Assembly (NCBI RefSeq): GCF_055900595.2 | Contig: NZ_CM148325.1 | DNA: 64,000 nt | Direction: 5' to 3' (one strand) | Part shown: piece after piece, positions 1-9,268 of the stretch | How positions within the stretch are numbered: position 1 is the stretch's first letter | How the letters are laid out: each line of letters begins with the position of its first letter | Notes under the pieces: model-generated | The model's input: only the letters and a program-made list of their open reading frames with translations | What the model was told of the DNA's origin: nothing | Databases searched by the model: none | Translations under genes and position numbers: made by a program

Positions 1-927
1 TTGAGCCTGATGGTGAAGGTGAGCATATTCTGGTTAGAATCCTCAAAAACGGCTGTAATACCCGTTTTGTGGCGGATGCACTGGCGAAATTCCTGAAAAT
101 TCATGCCCGTGAAGTCAGCTTCGCTGGGCAAAAAGACAAACATGCTGTTACGGAACAGTGGTTATGCGCTCGCGTGCCAGGCAAAGAGATGCCCGATCTC
201 AGTGCTTTTCAACTGGAAGGTTGTCAGGTGCTGGAGTATGCGCGGCACAAGCGTAAGCTGCGTTTAGGGGCGCTGAAAGGTAACGCTTTTACCCTGGTAC
301 TCCGCGAAGTGAGCAATCGTGATGACGTTGAACAACGTCTGATCGATATTTGCGTAAAAGGTGTACCGAACTACTTTGGTGCCCAACGTTTTGGTATTAG
401 CGGCAGCAACTTGCAGGGTGCGCTGCGCTGGGCGCAAACCAATACTCCGGTGCGTGATCGCAATAAACGGAGTTTTTGGTTGTCGGCAGCCCGCAGTGCG
501 TTGTTTAATCAGATTGTTGCTGAGCGCCTCAAAAAAGCAGACGTTAATCAAGTTGTTGACGGCGATGCGCTACAATTAGCCGGACGTGGCAGCTGGTTTG
601 TTGCCTCCAATGAAGAACTGGCGGAATTACAGCGTCGCGTCAACGATAAAGAGCTGATGATTACTGCTGCATTGCCGGGCAGTGGCGAATGGGGAACTCA
701 GCGTGAAGCGCTGGCATTCGAACAAGCAGCTGTCGCCGAAGAAACTGAATTGCAAGCCTTACTGGTGCGCGAAAAAGTTGAAGCCGCGCGCAGAGCGATG
801 CTGCTGTATCCGCAACAATTAAGCTGGAACTGGTGGGATGACGTCACCGTAGAAATCCGTTTCTGGCTTCCGGCAGGCAGTTTTGCGACCAGCGTTGTCA
901 GGGAACTTATCAACACAACAGGTGATT

Positions 928-947
<20 letters not shown>
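1..947 (+). CDS. truD: tRNA pseudouridine(13) synthase TruD, 3' portion (5' end lies outside window)
   Basis: Reading frame is open from window edge (in-frame from nt 3: [18 protein letters not shown]...) and continuous with ORF 69..947; sequence recognised as TruD; stop overlaps surE start. Confidence 0.85.
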
Positions 948-2309
<1,362 letters not shown>

Positions 2310-2448
2310 AACGTGAGGAAATACCTGGATTTTTCCTGGTTATTTTGCCGCAGGTCAGCGTATCGTGAACATCTTTTCCAGTGTTCAGTATGGTGCCTTG
2401 CACGGTAATTATGTCACTGGTTATTAACCAATTTTTCTTGGGGGATAA

Positions 2449-3588
2449 ATGAGCGCGGGAAGCCCAAAATTCACCGTTCGCCGCATTGCGGCTTTGTCAC
2501 TGGTTTCGCTATGGCTGGCAGGCTGTTCTGACACTTCAAATCCACCGGCACCGGTCAGCTCCGTTAATGGCAATGCGTCTGCAAACACCAATTCTGGTAT
2601 GTTGATTACGCCGCCGCCGAAAATGGGGACGACGTCTACAACGCAGCAACCGCAAATTCAGCCGGTACAGCAGCCACAAATTCAATCTGCACAACAACCG
2701 CAAATCCAGCCAGTGCAGCCAGTAGCTCAGCAGCCGGTACAGATGGAAAACGGACGCATCGTCTACAACCGTCAGTATGGGAACATTCCGAAAGGCAGTT
2801 ATAGCGGCAGTACATACACCGTGAAAAAAGGCGACACACTTTTCTATATCGCCTGGATTACTGGCAATGATTTCCGTGACCTTGCTCAGCGCAACAATAT
2901 TCAGGCACCATACGCGCTGAATGTAGGTCAGACCTTACAGGTGGGTAATGCTTCCGGTACGCCAATCACTGGTGGAAATGCCATTACCCAGGCCGATGCA
3001 GCAGAGCAAGGAGTTGTGATCAAGCCTGCACAAAATTCCACCGTTGCTGTTGCGTCGCAACCGACAATTACGTATTCTGAGTCTTCGGGTGAACAGAGTG
3101 CTAACAAAATGTTGCCGAACAACAAGCCAACTGGGACCACGGTCACAGCGCCTGTAACGGTACCAACAGCAAGCACAACCGAGCCGACTGTCAGCAGTAC
3201 ATCAACCAGTGCGCCTATCTCCACCTGGCGCTGGCCGACTGAGGGCAAAGTGATCGAAACCTTTGGTGCTTCTGAGGGGGGTAACAAGGGGATTGATATC
3301 GCAGGCAGCAAAGGACAGGCAATTATCGCGACCGCAGATGGCCGCGTTGTTTATGCCGGTAACGCGCTGCGCGGCTACGGTAATCTGATTATCATCAAAC
3401 ATAATGATGATTACCTGAGTGCCTACGCCCATAACGACACAATGCTGGTCCGGGAACAACAAGAAGTGAAGGCGGGGCAAAAAATAGCGACTATGGGTAG
3501 CACCGGAACCAGTTCAACACGCTTGCATTTTGAAATTCGTTACAAGGGGAAATCCGTAAACCCGCTGCGCTATTTGCCGCAGCGATAA
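2449..3588 (+). CDS. nlpD: murein hydrolase activator lipoprotein NlpD (LysM + M23 peptidase domains)
   Basis: 379 aa, lipobox LAGC, Q/P-rich tandem repeat, C-terminal M23-like region; sits immediately upstream of rpoS. Confidence 0.93.
   Translation: MSAGSPKFTVRRIAALSLVSLWLAGCSDTSNPPAPVSSVNGNASANTNSGMLITPPPKMGTTSTTQQPQIQPVQQPQIQSAQQPQIQPVQPVAQQPVQMENGRIVYNRQYGNIPKGSYSGSTYTVKKGDTLFYIAWITGNDFRDLAQRNNIQAPYALNVGQTLQVGNASGTPITGGNAITQADAAEQGVVIKPAQNSTVAVASQPTITYSESSGEQSANKMLPNNKPTGTTVTAPVTVPTASTTEPTVSSTSTSAPISTWRWPTEGKVIETFGASEGGNKGIDIAGSKGQAIIATADGRVVYAGNALRGYGNLIIIKHNDDYLSAYAHNDTMLVREQQEVKAGQKIATMGSTGTSSTRLHFEIRYKGKSVNPLRYLPQR
3050..3085 (+). promoter_or_regulatory. putative major rpoS promoter inside nlpD (-35 TTGCGT 3050-3055, 17 bp spacer, -10 TATTCT 3073-3078)
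   Basis: Hexamers seen in sequence ~566 nt upstream of rpoS ATG, matching the known position of the rpoS promoter within nlpD. Confidence 0.55.
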
Positions 3589-3650
3589 ATCGGCGGAACC
3601 AGGCTTTTGCTTGAATGTTCCGTCAAGGGATCACGGGTAGGAGCCACCTT

Positions 3651-4643
3651 ATGAGTCAGAATACGCTGAAAGTTCATGATTTAAATGAAGATGCGGAATT
3701 TGATGAGAACGGAGTTGAGGTTTTTGACGAAAAGGCCTTAGTAGAAGAGGAACCCAGTGATAACGATTTGGCCGAAGAGGAACTGTTATCGCAAGGGGCC
3801 ACACAGCGTGTGTTGGACGCGACTCAGCTTTACCTTGGTGAGATTGGTTATTCACCACTGTTAACGGCCGAAGAAGAAGTTTATTTTGCGCGTCGCGCAC
3901 TGCGAGGAGATGTTGCCTCCCGCCGCCGGATGATCGAGAGTAACTTGCGTCTGGTGGTAAAAATTGCCCGCCGTTATGGCAATCGTGGTCTGGCTTTGCT
4001 GGATCTTATCGAAGAGGGCAACCTGGGGCTGATCCGCGCGGTAGAGAAGTTTGACCCGGAACGTGGTTTCCGCTTCTCAACATACGCAACCTGGTGGATT
4101 CGCCAGACGATCGAGCGGGCGATTATGAACCAAACCCGTACTATTCGTTTGCCGATTCACATCGTAAAGGAGCTGAACGTTTACCTGCGAACCGCACGTG
4201 AGTTGTCGCATAAACTGGACCACGAACCAAGTGCGGAAGAGATCGCAGAGCAACTGGATAAGCCAGTTGATGACGTCAGCCGTATGCTTCGTCTTAACGA
4301 GCGCATTACCTCGGTGGACACCCCGCTGGGTGGAGATTCCGAAAAAGCGTTGCTGGACATCCTGGCCGATGAAAAAGAAAACGGCCCGGAAGATACCACG
4401 CAAGATGACGATATGAAACAAAGCATCGTCAAATGGCTGTTCGAACTGAACGCCAAACAGCGTGAAGTGCTGGCACGTCGATTCGGTTTGCTGGGGTACG
4501 AAGCGGCAACACTGGAAGATGTAGGTCGTGAAATTGGCCTCACCCGTGAACGTGTTCGCCAGATTCAGGTTGAAGGCCTGCGCCGTTTGCGCGAAATCCT
4601 GCAAACGCAGGGGCTGAATATCGAAGCGCTGTTCCGCGAATAA
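3651..4643 (+). CDS. rpoS: RNA polymerase sigma factor RpoS (sigma-38), full length
   Basis: ORF 3615..4643; start at internal Met ([11 protein letters not shown]...) gives 330 aa; no premature stop; codon 33 is GAG. Confidence 0.95.
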   Translation: MSQNTLKVHDLNEDAEFDENGVEVFDEKALVEEEPSDNDLAEEELLSQGATQRVLDATQLYLGEIGYSPLLTAEEEVYFARRALRGDVASRRRMIESNLRLVVKIARRYGNRGLALLDLIEEGNLGLIRAVEKFDPERGFRFSTYATWWIRQTIERAIMNQTRTIRLPIHIVKELNVYLRTARELSHKLDHEPSAEEIAEQLDKPVDDVSRMLRLNERITSVDTPLGGDSEKALLDILADEKENGPEDTTQDDDMKQSIVKWLFELNAKQREVLARRFGLLGYEAATLEDVGREIGLTRERVRQIQVEGLRRLREILQTQGLNIEALFRE

Positions 4644-4659
4644 GTAAGCATCTGTCAGA

Positions 4660-4694
4660 AAGGCCAGTCTCTTATGAGGCTGGCCTTTTTCTTT
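4660..4694 (+). terminator. rho-independent terminator downstream of rpoS
   Basis: GC stem GGCCAG...CTGGCC followed by T-run (ggccagtctcttatgaggctggccttttt). Confidence 0.7.
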
Positions 4695-4763
4695 TGTATG
4701 GGGAGTTGGTGTGTTTTGTCGCCTGGATAAGACACGTCAGCGTCCCATCCGGCAATCAGCATC

Positions 4764-5204
4764 CTATTTGCTCATCATCTTGCGCACCAGCTGCATAAAC
4801 AGCTCCTGCTCTTCTCCACTCAAACGCCCCAAAAATTCCTCATCCACACTGTCACCAATCGGTATCGCCGCAGCAAGTACCTTTTCTCCTTCGGCAGTCA
4901 GCCAGACAAAGCGTCGCCGCTTATCAGCAGAGTCATGTTCTCGTCTGACTAAGCCACGATTTTCCATTCGTGCCAGCATTTCTGCCAGCGTTGCTTTGGT
5001 GCTGACTGCTGCTTCCATCAGCGCAACCTGTTCGATGCCAGGCTTATCAGCAATGGCGCGCATCACCGCGTACTGCGGTTTGGTCAGGTCAGGTAGCTCG
5101 TGCTGCCAGCGAGATGTGTGCTGCTGAAAAAGCTGTCGTAACTGATGGAACGCTTTATTTCGTAACGCCATGTAAACTCCGGGCAAACTATCTGCCGCTA
5201 TCAT
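4764..5204 (-). CDS. MarR/SlyA-family transcriptional regulator
   Basis: 146 aa ORF with winged-helix MarR-like core; divergent from adjacent decarboxylase operon. Confidence 0.8.
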   Translation of the reverse strand: MIAADSLPGVYMALRNKAFHQLRQLFQQHTSRWQHELPDLTKPQYAVMRAIADKPGIEQVALMEAAVSTKATLAEMLARMENRGLVRREHDSADKRRRFVWLTAEGEKVLAAAIPIGDSVDEEFLGRLSGEEQELFMQLVRKMMSK

Positions 5205-5286
5205 AGCGGTTTTTCAGTGACGCAGGGGATGTTGTTACTTTTCAGTGCTTGCCGCGATGAGAACAGAGGCGTATTTTAATAATAAC

Positions 5287-5300
5287 GTTCGTATACGAAC
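5287..5300. promoter_or_regulatory. perfect 14-bp palindrome GTTCGTATACGAAC, candidate MarR-type operator
   Basis: Seen in sequence in the 113-bp divergent intergenic region, 18 bp upstream of the UbiX-like start codon. Confidence 0.45.
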
Positions 5301-5317
5301 AATTAAGAGAATTAACA

Positions 5318-5911
5318 ATGAGACTGATCGTCGGGATGACAGGGGCCACCGGAGCGCCTCTTGGTGTGGCATTACTGCAAGCGCTGCGGGAGATGCCGAA
5401 TGTCGAGACTCATCTGGTGATGTCGAAGTGGGCGAAAACCACCATTGAACTGGAAACGCTTTACAACGCCCGCGATGTTGCTGCCCTCGCAGACTTCTGC
5501 CATAACCCGGCGGATCAGGCCGCAACCATCTCCTCAGGTTCCTTTCGTACCGACGGCATGATCGTTATTCCGTGCAGTATGAAAACGCTCGCCGGTATCC
5601 GCGCTGGTTACGCCGATGGCCTGGTAGGGCGCGCGGCGGACGTCGTGCTCAAAGAAGGCCGCAAACTGGTGCTGGTGCCGCGTGAAATGCCGCTTAGCAC
5701 CATCCATCTCGAAAATATGCTCGCACTTTCGCGCATGGGCGTGGCGATGGTGCCGCCGATGCCTGCCTTTTATAACCATCCCGAAACGGTAGATGACATT
5801 GTCCACCACGTGGTAGCCCGCGTGCTGGATCAATTTGGCCTCGAACATCCTCACGCCAGGCGCTGGCAAGGATTGCCGCAGGCCCGGAATTTTTCCCAGG
5901 AGAATGAATAA
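5318..5911 (+). CDS. UbiX-family flavin prenyltransferase paralogue (decarboxylase B subunit)
   Basis: 197 aa; MRLIVGMTGATGA flavoprotein motif; first gene of a three-gene operon. Confidence 0.85.
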   Translation: MRLIVGMTGATGAPLGVALLQALREMPNVETHLVMSKWAKTTIELETLYNARDVAALADFCHNPADQAATISSGSFRTDGMIVIPCSMKTLAGIRAGYADGLVGRAADVVLKEGRKLVLVPREMPLSTIHLENMLALSRMGVAMVPPMPAFYNHPETVDDIVHHVVARVLDQFGLEHPHARRWQGLPQARNFSQENE

Positions 5912-7338
5912 TGGCATTTGATGATTTACGCAGCTTTTTACAGGCGCTTGATGACTACGGTCAGTTACTGAAAATCAGTGAAGAAGTGAACGCCGAGCCG
6001 GATCTGGCAGCCGCTGCCAACGCCACTGGGCGTATCGGCGACGGTGCACCGGCGCTGTGGTTTGACAATATTCGCGGCTTTACCGATGCCCGCGTGGCGA
6101 TGAACACTATCGGTTCCTGGCAGAACCACGCGATTTCCCTCGGCCTGCCGCCAAACACCCCGGTTAAAAAACAGATTGATGAGTTTATCCGCCGCTGGGA
6201 TAACTTCCCGATTGCCCCGGAACGCCGCGCTAATCCAGCGTGGGCGCAGAACACCGTCGATGGCGAAGAGATTAACCTGTTCGATATCCTGCCGCTGTTT
6301 CGTTTAAACGATGGCGATGGCGGTTTCTATCTCGACAAAGCCTGCGTGGTTTCCCGCGATCCGCTCGACCCGGATAACTTCGGCAAGCAGAATGTCGGCA
6401 TCTATCGCATGGAAGTGAAGGGTAAGCGTAAGCTCGGCCTGCAACCGGTGCCGATGCACGATATCGCCCTGCATCTGCATAAAGCGGAAGAACGTGGTGA
6501 AGATTTGCCAATTGCCATCACGCTGGGTAACGATCCGATCATCACCCTGATGGGCGCCACCCCGCTGAAATACGATCAATCAGAGTACGAAATGGCTGGC
6601 GCACTACGCGAAAGCCCGTACCCGATCGCCACCGCCCCGCTGACCGGTTTTGATGTGCCGTGGGGCTCGGAGCTGATCCTCGAAGGGGTAATCGAAAGCC
6701 GTAAACGCGAGATTGAAGGGCCGTTCGGTGAATTTACCGGCCACTACTCCGGCGGGCGCAACATGACCGTAGTGCGCATCGATAAAGTCTCTTACCGCAC
6801 CAAACCGATTTTTGAATCGCTCTATCTCGGTATGCCGTGGACCGAAATCGACTATCTGATGGGGCCAGCCACCTGTGTGCCGCTGTATCAGCAACTGAAA
6901 GCCGAGTTCCCGGAAGTGCAGGCGGTGAACGCCATGTACACCCACGGCCTGCTGGCGATTATCTCCACCAAAAAACGCTACGGCGGCTTTGCCCGCGCGG
7001 TGGGCCTGCGTGCGATGACCACGCCGCACGGTCTGGGCTACGTGAAGATGGTGATTATGGTCGATGAAGACGTTGATCCGTTCAACCTGCCGCAGGTGAT
7101 GTGGGCGCTTTCGTCGAAAGTGAACCCGGCAGGGGATCTGGTGCAGTTGCCGAATATGTCAGTACTGGAACTCGACCCTGGCTCAAGCCCGGCGGGGATC
7201 ACCGATAAGCTGATTATCGACGCCACTACGCCTGTCGCCCCGGACAACCGTGGTCACTACAGCCAGCCGGTGGTGGACTTACCGGAAACCAAAGCCTGGG
7301 CTGAAAAACTGACCGCTATGCTGGCCGCACGTAAATAA
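5911..7338 (+). CDS. UbiD-family aromatic acid decarboxylase (C subunit)
   Basis: 475 aa UbiD-like protein; start overlaps upstream stop (ATGA coupling). Confidence 0.85.
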   Translation: MAFDDLRSFLQALDDYGQLLKISEEVNAEPDLAAAANATGRIGDGAPALWFDNIRGFTDARVAMNTIGSWQNHAISLGLPPNTPVKKQIDEFIRRWDNFPIAPERRANPAWAQNTVDGEEINLFDILPLFRLNDGDGGFYLDKACVVSRDPLDPDNFGKQNVGIYRMEVKGKRKLGLQPVPMHDIALHLHKAEERGEDLPIAITLGNDPIITLMGATPLKYDQSEYEMAGALRESPYPIATAPLTGFDVPWGSELILEGVIESRKREIEGPFGEFTGHYSGGRNMTVVRIDKVSYRTKPIFESLYLGMPWTEIDYLMGPATCVPLYQQLKAEFPEVQAVNAMYTHGLLAIISTKKRYGGFARAVGLRAMTTPHGLGYVKMVIMVDEDVDPFNLPQVMWALSSKVNPAGDLVQLPNMSVLELDPGSSPAGITDKLIIDATTPVAPDNRGHYSQPVVDLPETKAWAEKLTAMLAARK

Positions 7339-7348
7339 GGAGAACAAG

Positions 7349-7585
7349 ATGATTTGTCCACGTTGTGCCGATGAACAGATTGAAGTGATGGCGAAATCGC
7401 CGGTGAAAGATGTCTGGACGGTCTACCAGTGCCAGCATTGCCTTTATACCTGGCGCGATACTGAACCGCTACGCCGCACCAGCCGCGAACATTACCCGCA
7501 AGCGTTCCGTATGACTCAAAAAGATATTGATGACGCACCGATGGTGCCGAGCATTCCGCCGCTGCTGGCGGCAGATAAGCGCTAA
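7349..7585 (+). CDS. small decarboxylase subunit with CxxC...CxxC zinc-ribbon (D subunit)
   Basis: 78 aa ORF, CPRC...CQHC, 10 nt after the UbiD-like gene. Confidence 0.7.
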   Translation: MICPRCADEQIEVMAKSPVKDVWTVYQCQHCLYTWRDTEPLRRTSREHYPQAFRMTQKDIDDAPMVPSIPPLLAADKR

Positions 7586-7586
7586 T

Positions 7587-7632
7587 AAAAAAGGGCCGGG
7601 TAGAGGCTTTGCTTTACCCGGCCACGTTATTT
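7587..7632. terminator. bidirectional terminator between decarboxylase operon and pphB
   Basis: A-run, stem GGCCGGGTA...TACCCGGCC, then T-rich tract; flanked by convergent genes. Confidence 0.65.
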
Positions 7633-8283
7633 GATTTTATAAAATGACAGCCGCCCGCTTTTCGGCGATCCGGTATCAATATAAATCTGGTTTGCGAACG
7701 TCTGGATGTTATCAAACATCATATGACCGAAGATAAAGCAGTCGGCGCCGTTTATTTCCTGTAACTCGCCTTTGAGCGATTTCAGTACGCGATCAACAGG
7801 CCAGAGCAATTCTCTCTCCGCTATTTCTTTGCCAAAGAGATATTCATTCCCCGGATAATCTGCATGCGCGATGACATATTTTATTATGTCGTTAGTGATT
7901 TCAACAATATGCGGAAGATTATGAAAACGTAGCAACAGGTCTATTGCTTCTTTTTGTTCCGTATCACTTAACTCAAAGAACCAGTCGCCACCGCTGGCAA
8001 GCCACATATTGCCATCGCCGGTCGCGAACGCATCCAATGCCATCGCTTCATGGTTGCCTTTAACCGATGTAAACCAGGGCTGGTTTAGCAGGCGCAGCAC
8101 GTTAAGACTCTCCGGCCCACGATCAATATTATCGCCGACAGAAATAAGTAAGTCGGTTTCAGGGCAAAAAGATAATTGGTGCAGGCGGGATTGCAATAAT
8201 TGATAATCTCCATGAATGTCACCTACCACCCAGATATGGCGATAATGAGTGGTTTCAATTTTACGATAACGAATATCTGGCAT
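7627..8283 (-). CDS. pphB: serine/threonine protein phosphatase 2 (metallophosphatase)
   Basis: ORF 7627..8421 trimmed to internal Met (MPDIRYRKIETTHYRHIWVVGDIHGDY...) giving 218 aa; GDxHG/GDxxDRG motifs; AT-rich. Confidence 0.88.
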   Translation of the reverse strand: MPDIRYRKIETTHYRHIWVVGDIHGDYQLLQSRLHQLSFCPETDLLISVGDNIDRGPESLNVLRLLNQPWFTSVKGNHEAMALDAFATGDGNMWLASGGDWFFELSDTEQKEAIDLLLRFHNLPHIVEITNDIIKYVIAHADYPGNEYLFGKEIAERELLWPVDRVLKSLKGELQEINGADCFIFGHMMFDNIQTFANQIYIDTGSPKSGRLSFYKIK

Positions 8284-8305
8284 TGATCGCGTTCCGTAAA
8301 AAGAA

Positions 8306-9169
8306 TTATTCCGGCTTCTGAAACAGAATGGTGTTAATCTCGACATCAGTGATTGCGCCAGCTGCTTCTGCTTTATGTAACCAGTATAGCGCTTTGTCTT
8401 TATCCACACCGTTCTCATCAATGCCCCAGGCGTAAATGCGGCCTAAGGATATTTGGGCATGAGGTAAATCTTGTGCGGCAGCTTTTTCAAACCAGTATTT
8501 AGCCTGTTTAATATCAGCGGGTACACCATCGCCCGTTAAAAAGAGCGTACCATAATTATACTGACCAATTTTGTCGCCTTTTTCTGCGGCAAACTTAAGA
8601 TATGTCGCAGCCTGGAGATAATTCTTTTCCTCGGCTGCGAGGAGCCCTAAATTAGCATGTGCAATGGGGTTTCCCTTTTGCGCCGCTTTAACGAGCCAGG
8701 ATTTTGCTTTATCGATATCATGGAACTTCTCTGGACCAAACTGATAGATATTGGCACAGTTTATCTGTGCCTGAAGATTTCCCTGTCTGGCTGATTTCTC
8801 ATACCAGTGAATGGCATTCTGGTAATCCGGCGGTGTGTCTTCATCTCCCTGATGATATAAAAGCCCGACATAAAATTGCGCAATGTCATCTCCCTGACTG
8901 GCTGCCAGATTAAACCAGTAAAATGCTTTATCGCGGTTTTTAACCCCCGTTACCCCTTCCTGGTAAACAATTCCCAATCCTTTTTGCGCAGATTTATCGC
9001 CGCCTTGTGCCTTTGCGATGATATTTTTCAGGTTTTCCTGTTTGTTTTTAGAATAACGTTGTTCAGCCTGGATAAGATCATCAAGCGAGGGTTCTTTGGC
9101 ACAATAACCTGTAAGAGGAAAATGCAAAATTAGTAGAGTAAATAAAATTAACTTTTTCATACATTCCAT
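8306..9169 (-). CDS. secreted Sel1-like repeat (TPR-like) protein
   Basis: 287 aa, N-terminal signal peptide, about six Sel1-type repeats; AT-rich; 22 nt upstream of pphB on same strand. Confidence 0.8.
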   Translation of the reverse strand: MECMKKLILFTLLILHFPLTGYCAKEPSLDDLIQAEQRYSKNKQENLKNIIAKAQGGDKSAQKGLGIVYQEGVTGVKNRDKAFYWFNLAASQGDDIAQFYVGLLYHQGDEDTPPDYQNAIHWYEKSARQGNLQAQINCANIYQFGPEKFHDIDKAKSWLVKAAQKGNPIAHANLGLLAAEEKNYLQAATYLKFAAEKGDKIGQYNYGTLFLTGDGVPADIKQAKYWFEKAAAQDLPHAQISLGRIYAWGIDENGVDKDKALYWLHKAEAAGAITDVEINTILFQKPE

Positions 9170-9233
9170 GAATTAATTGTTGAGTCCTGATTTTAATTAT
9201 ACTCCATCTGTTATTGAGCCAATAATAATTAAT

Positions 9234-9262
9234 AATCCCCGATGGGAAGGCCATCGGGGATT
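9234..9262 (-). terminator. rho-independent terminator downstream of mutS
   Basis: Palindrome ATCCCCGATGG...CCATCGGGGAT directly after mutS stop, followed by AT-rich run on minus strand. Confidence 0.6.
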
Positions 9263-9268
9263 ATGCCA

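Noticed and set aside
264-916. Several 70-95 aa ORFs on both strands inside truD (264..551 -, 361..579 +, 698..916 -)
   Set aside because: Embedded in or antisense to a well-supported conserved gene; no start signals; typical shadow ORFs
2636-2760. Short tandem repeats considered as a possible CRISPR array
   Set aside because: In-frame coding repeats within nlpD; 24-nt period, no spacer/repeat alternation, no cas genes
7627-8421. Extended 264-aa pphB ORF overlapping the Sel1 gene 3' end
   Set aside because: Conserved protein begins at internal Met (MPDIRYRK...); extension is an artefact of the longest-ORF call. The same applies to extended calls for hypF (774 aa), mltB (396 aa), rpoS (342 aa), fhlA (704 aa) and surE (268 aa)
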